A stretch of DNA of 64,000 nucleotides from Rebecca billardiae RCC1528 (lineage: Eukaryota; Protista; Haptophyta), in NCBI GenBank assembly GCA_965240325.2, contig OZ251228.1, forward strand, positions 434,001-498,000, written 5' to 3'. Below, piece after piece: positions 46,012-55,962 of this stretch. The notes beneath the pieces were generated by a model, which ran no database searches, was not told the DNA's origin, and saw only the letters and a list, made by a program, of their open reading frames with translations. Position 1 is the first letter of the stretch; every line of letters starts with the position of its first letter. Both the position numbers and the translations under genes were made by a program.

Positions 46012-47344
46012 ACGATATATAAGTACGGCGCGGGTGGCCCCGCGGGTGCTGTACAGACTATACAGCCCGTGTCGGCGCCACTCGACGGGCCGCACTGAGG
46101 GCGGCACTGCCGCCGACGAATCAGGAGACCCGCGTGAGTTCCCGCGTCGTCCCTCGGCTGTCGGCAGTACCTGTAACCTGGTCCTGTGGCTGTGTCGAGT
46201 TAAAGCATATATATATACATAGAATGATCAGATGAGTAGACGTAGTACTGGCTGTCCTGCGACCTGCGGCGCGCCGCCACCGCGTCCGCGCGGTCACGTC
46301 CACTCACGAACTAGCTATGCCTATAGTACGTAAAACGTTACACAGCTAAGTCGAGTCATCTTGCCAGTCTGGCTGCCAGGCTGTGACGCATATGAATATG
46401 GAGATGTCGATATCGACATCGGGCCGTCACATCGGGCTGCCACCTCTCGGGCTGCCACCCAGTGCTCGTGGTGCTCGGACGATGCACTCCGAGCTCGAGA
46501 TCCATCACTGCGAGCTTCCTGCGTGTAGTGACGCTGGCAAATTAGAGGAGGGTGTGTACTTGGCCTTGCGCAGAGCGGGTGCGCGCGTCGCGCATGCGAT
46601 CGACTCCAAAACAGCCAACAAAACATGACCGCCCCTCCCGCCGAGCTCCTGGCTGACTTGCACTCGGCAATCACGCCGCGCGCGCGGCCTGGGCGCTCAC
46701 CCGTGCAGCATGCTGCAAGCCAGCAAGGAGCCTGCGAGCCGCCAAGCGTGTTACGCGCGACTGGTGGCAGGCAGGTGAGTGAGCTCAGCGCGACGAGTCA
46801 GGTGAACGCGCGCAGACCAACGCGCGCAGTACGTACACTGCCCACAACCATCACGACCGATCGCCCAGCTGCCAGAAGCAGCTGCAAGGCGTGTGTGTAG
46901 CCGGGTTTCTCGAGCACACCCCGTGGCCCGCAGCCCGTCTGAGCGGCACCACGGCAGCTCGGCGCGCCGCCGCGCGCCATGCCATCGTGGAGGTGTTGTA
47001 CGTGGTGGGAAGTAGGCTGGCGGCTGTCTGATGGTAGCTAGACCACGCCTGCACAGTTTCATGCGCCGCGTTCAGCGCCAAAAGGCGCGTGGACGGCCGG
47101 GGCCGGCGCAAGGCGCGCTCACTCGCTCAGCGGAAGCTGTCAACTTTGCTTCAATACGGTAGATGATAGAAGGGGATGAAGTCGATCAGCATCACGGTCA
47201 TTATTGATCAAATTTGCCAAGGGTGGCGAAAACACACACATATATATATTGATCACATATGTATTGTACCCGTAACAATACTGGGCTTATGGCGTGCCAA
47301 ATACCCACATATTCGTCGCACGAAAGTCATTGTTGCAAAAGCGG

Positions 47345-47393
47345 TACAGTTTACTAAGAATAAGAGACGCACACAGCTCAGGCAGGCGAGATT
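47345..47393 (+). repeat. Dispersed ~49-bp repeat, copy B
   Basis: TACAGTTTACTAAGAATAAGAGACGCACACAGCTCAGGCAGGCGAGATT. Confidence 0.8.
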
Positions 47394-47556
47394 GTTGGCC
47401 AAAGCTGTTCGCAATAAATACTAAAGTACGCATCTACCGCCGTTTGTAAGTATTTAGACGCCGGTCGCCGGGGTTCAGTTCGATCGCGCCGCCGTCGCGC
47501 TCCACCCTCGCTGTCGGCTATTGTAGGTATAGTAGCTCAGCAAGGGGGCGCACGTG

Positions 47557-49282
47557 ATGCTCCGGGTGCTGAGCCTCTCGCTCGCTGTGCTCGCGGCCGT
47601 GCAGGCCGCCGCGCCCGAGGCCAACTTCGACTATGTGCTCGATGGCACCAGCGGGCCCGACACGCTGTACGGCCAAGGCGTGCCAGACGCGACGTACTTT
47701 GACCCCGGCGCCTCGGTGGACAACCTGCTGCGTGGCTTCGAGGGCGCGGACACGATTATCGCCACGGACGCCGGTGACAACCTGGGCGTTTATGGTGGCG
47801 GCAACTCGCGCAACGTGATCGACGCCGGCTCTGGTGCGGACACAGTGTACGCCGGCGACGGCGGCGATGCGTACAGCGCAGGCTGGTGGGGCGGCACAGG
47901 TGGCAACGCCGACAACTTTGTGTACCTCGGCAACGGCGACGACCAGCTCACGCTCGGTGATGGTGGCGATGCGTCGGGCGTGGTCTCTGCTGGTGACGCG
48001 TACAACCTCGCGTACGGAGACGACGGTAGCGACACCATTGACGGCGGCAACGCCGGCTCCGGCTCCGGGGCCGGCAATGGCGGCAGCACGCACAACATCA
48101 TCAAGGCCGGCAAGGGTGACGACGTGGTCGACGTGGGCGATGCGGGCGACGGCATATCGTTCAAGAGCGACGGCGGCTCGGCGTACACGAAGGTGTATGG
48201 CGAGGACGGCGACGACAACATCGTCGCAGGCGATGGCGGTGACGCGGCTGGCGAGTACGCCACCGGTGGCGACGCGTCGAGCGTCATCTTGGGCGGCGCG
48301 GACTCGGACCGGCTGCGCGGCGGTGACGGCGGCGACGCCTCGGGCGGGACGGCTGGGTGCGCGGCCGCACGCTGGCGCGGATGCGCTCCGGGCGCTCGGC
48401 GTGCGTTTGCAGGCGCTTGCGCTTGCGCTTGCGCTTGCGCACGAGCCACGCCTGCCCCCCACCCACGCCCGTTGCTCGCACCTGCAGGTGGGGCTGGGAC
48501 GACCTCAGCCGCTATGTTGCGTCCGGCGGCGACGCGCACAACACCCTCGAGGGCGGTGCCGGTGCCGACGTGATCACCGGCGGCGACGGCGGCGCATCTT
48601 CCGACGCGTACAACTATGGGGGCGATGTGGTCAACGTCCTCCGCGGTGGTGCAGGCGCTGACGTGATCACTGGCGGCAACACGGGCGAGGGCCCACGCGG
48701 CGGCGAGGCATACAACTACCTCTACGGTGCGTTGGACGTTGGTTGGGCTTGGTTGCGCACGCGCTGCTGCGCACGTGTCCGGCGTGCGCACGCCAGCCGC
48801 ACAACGCCCATGCGCCGCACTGCCGGCCGTGCGTGCTCACACGTGTGTGTGGCCTGCGTGGTTGCCCGCGCGCTCGCTCGCCCGTGCTCGCAGGCGGTGC
48901 TGACGACGACATCATCACGGCCGGCGAGGGGCAGAACAAGATCTGGGGCGGCGCCGGTGCCGACACGATCCACGCACAGAACGGGCAGTACGATGTGATC
49001 TACACGGACGGTGATGACACCATCCACTACGACCCCGGCCTCGACAAGATCATCATGGTCACGCCCTCGCCCGAGCCACTCGCGTGCCCCAAGGGGTGCG
49101 CGCCGGCGCCAATGGACGACGCGGAGGCGGACTTGAGCGGCACGCCGCGGCGGGGCCGTCAGCTCAGCTCGCGCCACTCGCTGCTGTTCGGCCAATTCCG
49201 CATCATGTGCCCGGAGGGCTGTGTCTTTGACAAGCAGTACCAGGCGGAGAAGGACACTCGCCGCCGCCGCCGCCAGTACTGA
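47557..49282 (+). CDS. Secreted RTX/hemolysin-type Ca2+-binding Gly-Asp repeat protein (3 exons)
   Basis: Signal peptide MLRVLSLSLAVLAAVQA. Many GGxGxDxI/L nonapeptides. Exons 47557-48356, 48488-48726, 48894-49282, joined by phase-compatible GT-AG introns. Confidence 0.88.
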
Positions 49283-49347
49283 AGCCGTGCCCGCACGCAT
49301 CAATCATTCTGATCTCGACGACGCGACTGCTTATATGGCGGCAAGCC

Positions 49348-49522
49348 GAGAGCCAACGCCGTCGTCGCGATCCCGCCGCTCCAACATGTCCCACGTGTGC
49401 AGCCGCGCCGTCTTGGCGCGCCGCGGGAGCAGCTGCTGCCACGCAACGCCCAGCCAAGGGCTTATTTGTTCATTCGTCGGCGTCATTCATCATCCCCTTG
49501 CCACCGGCATCGTCGATCACCA
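49348..49522 (+). repeat. Dispersed ~190-bp repeat in a 3' flank, copy 2
   Basis: Homologous to 38583-38782. Confidence 0.8.
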
Positions 49523-49956
49523 AATATATACCGTCGGCATCATCGTCACTGTGCGTGTCCGCCTCGGACAATGTGCTGTGATCATTCGCAGTCACGACAG
49601 ATCCGGCGCGTCATCACTCATCACGTGATTTGTCCTCGTCTCGTCCACGGGCCGATCTGGAGTCGTCGTCTCTACGCGGTCACTCAGACTCTGCGACGCC
49701 CGGGGTCACGTCATCGAGTCATCAGACTATCCGCGGATCATATTTATTAATTATTATTATTGTTTATTTATAATTATTATTAATTAATCATCGCGGGCGC
49801 CGCCATATATATATATATATATATATGGTAATATCAACGACGCGTAGTAAATTCGCGCGATGACGATGCGGGCGTCATGTGTCATCACCTGCCGTCACCA
49901 GCGCATCAGCACTACCGTCGTTGTCTACCACTACCGCCGCCATGGGCGCGACTAGC

Positions 49957-51204
49957 TCAAAATCCTCCGTCGCCGTCGTTCTCGGGCTCGGCATACGCGA
50001 GTCTGAGCAGCGCGGTGACCACGTCCACAGAAAGTGAGTTGCCCAGAAGGCCGTACTGCTTGCGCAGGCTGAGCCCGGCGGGAAAGGCGAAGGCGGGCGC
50101 GGGCGGGAAGCCGTGCAGGTTGGCGATCTCGCGCGGGGTGAAGTACCGCACGCTGAGCGCACGCAGCCCAGCGGCGAGCGTCGCGGCGTCCCCGGCCGCC
50201 GCCTGCAGCGCGCCGTCCAGCTCTGCCTCCGTGCACACGGCGGCGGCAACCACCGAGCCCGTGCCCTTCACGTAGCGCGCGTAGTTCTTGGTGAAGCAGC
50301 AGCTGTGACGCGAGTCGGCGCAGACAATGTCGAGCACGGTGCCGTACCGCTCGAGCAGATCGGGCCGCACGGCGAACGGGCCCGCATCTGGCTCGGCGTG
50401 TGCAGCGGGAGCACCGTCGGCTGCTGCACCTGCGGCTGCGCCCGCGGCTGCGCCGCCGCAGCCGGGCGGTGCGGCTGGTGCCCCGGGTGCGGCGGGTGCG
50501 GCGGCGGCGGGCTGGGCGCGCAGGTGCTCCATGAACTCCGCCAGCGCGCGCTCCGGCGCGTGCGCGCGGCCCCGCGGCACCGGCGGCAGTGGCCGGCCCT
50601 CGCCCGCCTCCCACGGTGGCAGCTGATGCGCGCCCAGCGCCGGGCTGTGCACGTCTGCAAACGCGAGCGGCGCGCGCTTGGCGAGGAGGAAGTAGCGCGT
50701 GCGCTGGTTGGGCACGCCGACGTGCACGGGCGAGAGCCAGTACTCGCGCAGCGCGAAGCCGCGCGCGCGCAGCACGCGCGCGAGCTCGTCGCGCGACTCG
50801 GACGACTCGAAGCCGACCACGTTCTCCATGAGCACCCTCGAGGGCAGCGCCAGAGTTTCGTCAGAGAGCAGGCGCGTGAGGTGCGCGAGGCCGCTCGCGC
50901 GCGCGTCGGCCGCGCCGAGCGCCTTGCCCTGCCGCGTGTACGGCTGGCACGGCGGGCTGAGCAGCCACGTGCCCGCGTCGAGCCTGTTGAGCGCGGCTGC
51001 ATCCAGGTTGCTCACGTCGAGCGCCGCCACGTTTGATTCGGCGCCAAAGTTGGCCGCGTACACCCCCGCCGCGACGTCGTCCACGTCGAACGCGCGCACG
51101 ACGCGCGCCGTAGGGCGCGCCGCGCGGAGCGCGTAGTGGAAGCCGCCGATCCCGCAGAAGAACTCGAGTGCGCGATCATCGCGCGGCGTAGCCTCGGCGG
51201 CCAT
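49957..51204 (-). CDS. DNMT2: Dnmt2/TRDMT1 tRNA (cytosine-C5) methyltransferase
   Basis: ALEFFCGIGG (motif I), SPPCQPYTRQG (IV), MENVVGF (VI), PNQRTRYF (VIII), the Dnmt2-specific CCFTKNY...GTGS, RYFTPREIANLHGFP, LLGNSL (X). Confidence 0.92.
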   Translation of the reverse strand: MAAEATPRDDRALEFFCGIGGFHYALRAARPTARVVRAFDVDDVAAGVYAANFGAESNVAALDVSNLDAAALNRLDAGTWLLSPPCQPYTRQGKALGAADARASGLAHLTRLLSDETLALPSRVLMENVVGFESSESRDELARVLRARGFALREYWLSPVHVGVPNQRTRYFLLAKRAPLAFADVHSPALGAHQLPPWEAGEGRPLPPVPRGRAHAPERALAEFMEHLRAQPAAAAPAAPGAPAAPPGCGGAAAGAAAGAAADGAPAAHAEPDAGPFAVRPDLLERYGTVLDIVCADSRHSCCFTKNYARYVKGTGSVVAAAVCTEAELDGALQAAAGDAATLAAGLRALSVRYFTPREIANLHGFPPAPAFAFPAGLSLRKQYGLLGNSLSVDVVTALLRLAYAEPENDGDGGF

Positions 51205-51420
51205 CGTACGGCGTCGTGGCGCTGAAGCCTTGAGGCCGCAGCTCTTGACCTTGCCTTGACCAGTGATCATGAGTGGCCGGCACGGCCACTCGGCACTCAG
51301 TCAACCACTCTGCCCACTGATACTGTACGGGCCTATGTAGCGGCAGTATGTAGCTGAGTCGCGTGGCCCGCACTAGTAGTTGGGCGCTCGGCTGCGTGCG
51401 CACCTCAGTCCTCGCCATCG

Positions 51421-52410
51421 TCAGCGCCCGCTGGCACCCTTCGCCCCCAGCGCGAGGAATGTAGCGCAGAACAGCCAGCGCAGCACGCCCTGCGGCGCCA
51501 CCAGCGCGAGCTGCGCGCCGCTGAACGCGCCCACAGCCGTTCCGCCGAGCAGCCCTGGCAGCACGCGCGCTGCCACGTTGCCCAGCCGCCAGTGCGTGTG
51601 CGCGCCCAGCGCGGACGGCAGCACCATCGACGCGAGTGTCGTGCCCAGCACCGCCGTGTGCGGCAGCTCGGTGAGCAGCGCGAGGGCAGGGGTGACGAGC
51701 GTGCCGCCGCCGACGCCAAACATGCCCGAGAGCGCGCCCGACGCCGTGCCCACGCACGCGCACCACAGTAGGGTGGTGGTGGGTACGCCCTCGTCGGGCC
51801 CCGCCCCTTCCAAGGTCACACTGCCCGAGGTTCCACTGCCTGCCGCCGCCAGTGTGGCGAGGTGTGCCTTCAAAGGTACCAGCGGCGCCACAGCCATCAT
51901 GTACACGCCGAGGAGGCGCTTGAGGGTGGTCGGGCTGAGCGAGCTCATGACGCGCGCGCCGAGAATGCTGGTGAGCGAGGCCGTCGCAGCGATCGACGCG
52001 GCGGCCGGCCAGGCCAGCTGGCCTCGCCCCGCGAAGGACGCGCAGCCGACGAGGCTGGTCGCGACGACTGCCACGAGGCTCGTCCCGTGCGCCTCGTGCT
52101 GCGAGAGGCGCGCCGCCCACGTGAGGAGCGGTATCGCAATCATCCCGCCCCCCACGCCGAGCAGAGCGCCGAAGAGGCCTGCCGCCACGCCAATGGCCGC
52201 GCTCGTGGCCGCGAGCGCGCGCTTGGGCGACTCCTGCGCTCCGTCCACCAGCTCCGTCGCCGGTGCCGCGGATGGCGGTGATGGCGGGGCGGGACGCACT
52301 GTGAAGGGTGTGGCATGTAAGTGCTCGGGGCCAAGCCGCACGGCGCCACCCGGCGGGCGCGGGCGCTCTGGTGGCACGCGGAGCAGCCGCATGCGGAGGC
52401 GCGCATGCAC
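51421..52410 (-). CDS. TauE/SafE (DUF81) sulfite-exporter-like membrane protein
   Basis: Two halves, GLFGALLGVGGGMIAIP...AHGTSL and GALSGMFGVGGGTLVTP...VLGTTL. Arg/Pro-rich N-terminal extension. Confidence 0.88.
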   Translation of the reverse strand: MHARLRMRLLRVPPERPRPPGGAVRLGPEHLHATPFTVRPAPPSPPSAAPATELVDGAQESPKRALAATSAAIGVAAGLFGALLGVGGGMIAIPLLTWAARLSQHEAHGTSLVAVVATSLVGCASFAGRGQLAWPAAASIAATASLTSILGARVMSSLSPTTLKRLLGVYMMAVAPLVPLKAHLATLAAAGSGTSGSVTLEGAGPDEGVPTTTLLWCACVGTASGALSGMFGVGGGTLVTPALALLTELPHTAVLGTTLASMVLPSALGAHTHWRLGNVAARVLPGLLGGTAVGAFSGAQLALVAPQGVLRWLFCATFLALGAKGASGR

Positions 52411-52556
52411 GCTCGGAACTCAGCGGCCGGTCGTCGCCGGAAAAGCGGCGAGGTTTCGTGAATCGTCGTGATTTTCGTCGTCGTACCGGTACCTGAGAGA
52501 CAACGGCGGAGACGCGGTGTTCATTTTCCTCGCCGTGCGTATGGATACATACGACG

Positions 52557-52670
52557 TACATTTTACTAAGAATAAGAGACGCACACAGCTCAGGCAGGCG
52601 AGATTTTACTTTATTACTAAGAATACTGTACAGTAAGAGACGCACATGTACAGCTCAGGCAGGCGAGATT
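52557..52670 (+). repeat. Dispersed ~49-bp repeat, tandem copies C and D
   Basis: 52557-52605 is a near-perfect copy. 52606-52670 is a second copy carrying short insertions (CTGTACAGT, TGTA). Confidence 0.8.
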
Positions 52671-52849
52671 AAACTGGTTCGATCCTGAACTTGCTCACCG
52701 AGTCACCGGTTGGCGCCGCGTCATCAGGGCGAATGCCGAATGGGCCCGTTGGTCACAGCTGCCGCTTCGGGCGCGCTCTCGCGTCCGAGGGCTGCGATGT
52801 GCGGTGCGGACGCCCCGGCTGCGCGCGCGTGACGCTTGTGGCGGGCTCG

Positions 52850-55021
52850 ATGGGCGCACGCCACATGCTGCCGTCGCCCACGGCCACCGGCCTCGGCGCC
52901 GCCGAGCCCCAGCCGCCGCCGAGCGCGCACAAGGGTGGCGCGTGCGGCGCGAGAGTGCTGGGGGTGGCAGACGGCCAAATCTGCTGCGCTCGCAGGTGCC
53001 GCCCACAGCCCGCGACGAGGCCCGCACGACGGCCGGCCCGCCGGCTCGTGAGCCTTCTCGCGGCTGCCACCGCCTCGATCACCGTCCTCGCGCCAGCCGC
53101 TCTGGCGGCACCGCCACCACCTACGCATAGCCCCGCCGTGGTCGCGCGCGTCCGCAGCTACCTGCGGTTCGTCTACCCAGCGGCACGCGCGCGCATCGAC
53201 GCGTACGGCGCGGCCGAGCTCACGGAGCTCTTCGAGTCTCTCGACTACTACTACGCGTGCGACCCAGCGCGCGCGGCGCTCTTCATCCCGCCCGCGCCGT
53301 GCTCGCGCATCTCGGCTGCGCTTGGCGCGGGCGGCGCCCCGCCCCCGCTGCCGTACGTGCCCCGAGGCGTCTTCTACTCAGTCGAGCCGCGCGAGCTCTC
53401 GAGACCGTCACGTAAGCGTCGGGTGTGGCTCGGCGCCTCGTTCACGCGCTGGCGGCGCCCCGTCGTGCACGCGGATGAGGCAGACGCGTCGCGGACTCGC
53501 GCGCTGCGCCTCTTCTCCGCGTTCGCCCTGCTCTATGGCCCGCAGCCGTCGTGGACGAGCGTGTCCGCCGTCGTGCGATACGTGTGGTGGCCCGTGGGCA
53601 TGCGCGCTGGCGATGTGCGCCGAGTGCTTGCGGCCGCGCGGCGGCGGGCGCTCGAGGCCACTGGTGGTGGCGGCGGCGGCGGCGGCGACGCTCGCAAGGC
53701 CCACGCGTTCTGCCCTTCCCGCGCGGTGTGGCGGCTCGACCAGCCCGCGCTGCCGCTGCCGCTGCGAGAGACCGAGGCCACGCGCGCGCACGCGGCGGCG
53801 GGCGGCCTCGCCGGCCGGCTGCGTCGGCTGCGTGCGCTGCGCGACGGCGACTTGGTCGAGGTGGAGCAGCTTGGCGGGCCGGTGTGGCGGCCTTGCCCGC
53901 CGACGTGCGGCACGTGGGCCAACGTCTGGCGCGGCACCGGCGTCTTCATGCGCGTCTCCGCCCCCTTCGTCTCGCTGTCCAAGGCCACGGCGATCGCCGA
54001 GATGCTGATGGAGATTGATCAGCTCGAGCTGTCCGGTGCAAGGACGCGCGCGCCCCTCCGCCGGCTGGAGCCGTCCCGCCCTCCGGCGGCGCGTGTCGGG
54101 CCGCGACTTGCCGAGCTGGCTAGGCGGCTGCGACTGAGCGAGGCGCTGCAGCGCTCGCTCGAGCGCTTCCCGAGCGCGCGCGCGGGCGAGGCGCTCGCCG
54201 CCGCCGCGCTCGTGAGCGCCGTCCCGCCCACCGGCCCGTGCGGCGGCACGGCGGGCGGGATGATGCTCGGCACGGCCAAGCAGCAGAGGGACCTGAGCGC
54301 CACGTACAACCGCACTGCGTGGGTGCAGGCGGCGCGCGCGGGCGAGCTCGCGCCCGGCGCGGTTGTGGACCACCTCCTGCTGCGCGCGCCGGGTACGGCC
54401 GCCGACCCCGCCGTGTACGACATGCACTGGCTGCACGGCGTCTGCGGTGAGGGCGCGCTGCGCGCGACCGGCGCCACCGACTACGCCTTTGGCGGGTGGG
54501 ACGCGCTGCTGGCCGCGCTGGCCTGCTTCCTCGGCGTGCACACGCTCGTCCTCGGCGCTTCGCCAAACGACAACGGGCTGCTGCACCAAGAGCTGGTCGA
54601 CTTCGAGGCGGGCGGAGCGAGCGCGTGGCCCAAGCGCCGGCTCGCCGCCGGCGGGGCGCTCGAGCCGCTCGGCGCGCTCGACGAGTGCATCGTGCCCTAC
54701 GGCCGGGCACGGCCGCCGCCGCCGCCGCCGGAGCTCGCGGCGCACTGGGCGGCGAGCGGCAAGTTCGTGCTCGCCGCGCCGGCGCACGTGCGCCCCGTTC
54801 GTGCCTCGCGAGCCCCGACGCTGCCGCTGCCGTGCGCCATGTTCGGCGCGCGCAACTGGAGCGCGGCGGCCATCGCGGCGTGCTCGTGGGCTGGGCTATT
54901 TGGCCCGCTCGCCTCGGCGGAGGCGTGCCACGTCTGGTGCGACGGCGCCATGTCGCAGGCGCACAGTACCGTGCCCGCGAGGAGCGTGCTTGGGCACGCC
55001 CGCCCGACGACGCGTCGGTGA
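52850..55021 (+). CDS. Hypothetical protein, probably secreted or membrane-anchored
   Basis: About 720-aa ORF with coding-like GC3 bias. Hydrophobic stretch LVSLLAAATASITVLAPAALA. Trp/Cys-rich globular-looking motifs (YLRFVYP, CGTWANVWRGTGVF). Start uncertain. Confidence 0.62.
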   Translation: MGARHMLPSPTATGLGAAEPQPPPSAHKGGACGARVLGVADGQICCARRCRPQPATRPARRPARRLVSLLAAATASITVLAPAALAAPPPPTHSPAVVARVRSYLRFVYPAARARIDAYGAAELTELFESLDYYYACDPARAALFIPPAPCSRISAALGAGGAPPPLPYVPRGVFYSVEPRELSRPSRKRRVWLGASFTRWRRPVVHADEADASRTRALRLFSAFALLYGPQPSWTSVSAVVRYVWWPVGMRAGDVRRVLAAARRRALEATGGGGGGGGDARKAHAFCPSRAVWRLDQPALPLPLRETEATRAHAAAGGLAGRLRRLRALRDGDLVEVEQLGGPVWRPCPPTCGTWANVWRGTGVFMRVSAPFVSLSKATAIAEMLMEIDQLELSGARTRAPLRRLEPSRPPAARVGPRLAELARRLRLSEALQRSLERFPSARAGEALAAAALVSAVPPTGPCGGTAGGMMLGTAKQQRDLSATYNRTAWVQAARAGELAPGAVVDHLLLRAPGTAADPAVYDMHWLHGVCGEGALRATGATDYAFGGWDALLAALACFLGVHTLVLGASPNDNGLLHQELVDFEAGGASAWPKRRLAAGGALEPLGALDECIVPYGRARPPPPPPELAAHWAASGKFVLAAPAHVRPVRASRAPTLPLPCAMFGARNWSAAAIAACSWAGLFGPLASAEACHVWCDGAMSQAHSTVPARSVLGHARPTTRR

Positions 55022-55962
55022 CGCCGCTCGACTTGCCGACCTCGACGCGCTGCTCACGACTGGTCCGAAATCGTCAGTCGAACCGTCCGACGCGGACCAT
55101 GCATGCGGCGCAGCGTGCGCCGCCGTATCAAGACTCATTCCCAGTAGTGGACGTCACTCGTCAGCGGATAGATGAGCCTTAATCACGCCTTAACCAAGTG
55201 ACAGTGTGCACTACGTTAAAACATAGTAAACTGTGGTTGTATAACCGCTCGGTTATGCGGGTATAACTCACCGGTAGCTAGCCCTCATGAGGGCGGGCTG
55301 GCAGCCAGGGTCCGGCTGCCTGGAGGTTTTCCGGTCGTCAAGCCGAGCCAGGCCCGGATTGGGCGCGGGTCTGGATTTGCTCAGCAGCTCGGCAAGCGAT
55401 GCGCGTCTGGGTGCGGCCGCGCTCGCTGGCTGCACCCGCGGCGCGGCGGCCGGCGTGGCTGCTCTGGTCACCGCTGCGCTGGTGGCTGCTCCTCCTCTGG
55501 GAGTTGTTTCTCCCTGCCCTCCCACCCTGCTGGTTGCTGGGTGGGCATGGCCTTGGGTGCGCGCGGTGTCGGGGGGGTGGAGGCCCTCGAGGCCTCTGCC
55601 TCCTGCGGCGCCGCGCTCTGCCCAAACTTGCGTTGGGGGGGGCGTCGGCTGCCAGCGCCTGCGGTCTACGTGCTCCATCGAGTACTTCCTCTTCGGCGTC
55701 TAGGCGGTCATCGGCTTCTGTCGGCGTAGTTGCTCGAATGCATCGGCGAGTCCTTCCTGGTCGGCGTCGCTTCGGGGGGTGACCTAGTCACCTCACGCGT
55801 TTATCAACGCGGCCCCCACCTCAATCTACTCTCATGTGGGTCTACCGACTTTACGCACACAAGCTTGCAAGCGGTCGCTCGGCAAGGCTCGCACAGCCGA
55901 CCTGGTCCGCCCCGGCCAGGCCCCGGCCGGACGAGTGCGCGGCTCGCGCGCGAATAATCACG

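Noticed and set aside
52674-52690. GGTTCGATCC B-box/T-loop-like motif suggesting a tRNA or SINE
   Set aside because: No cloverleaf or A-box can be built around it.
55268-55800. 136-aa minus-strand ORF
   Set aside because: Atypical codon usage, an upstream in-frame stop and no domain. Probably TE debris.
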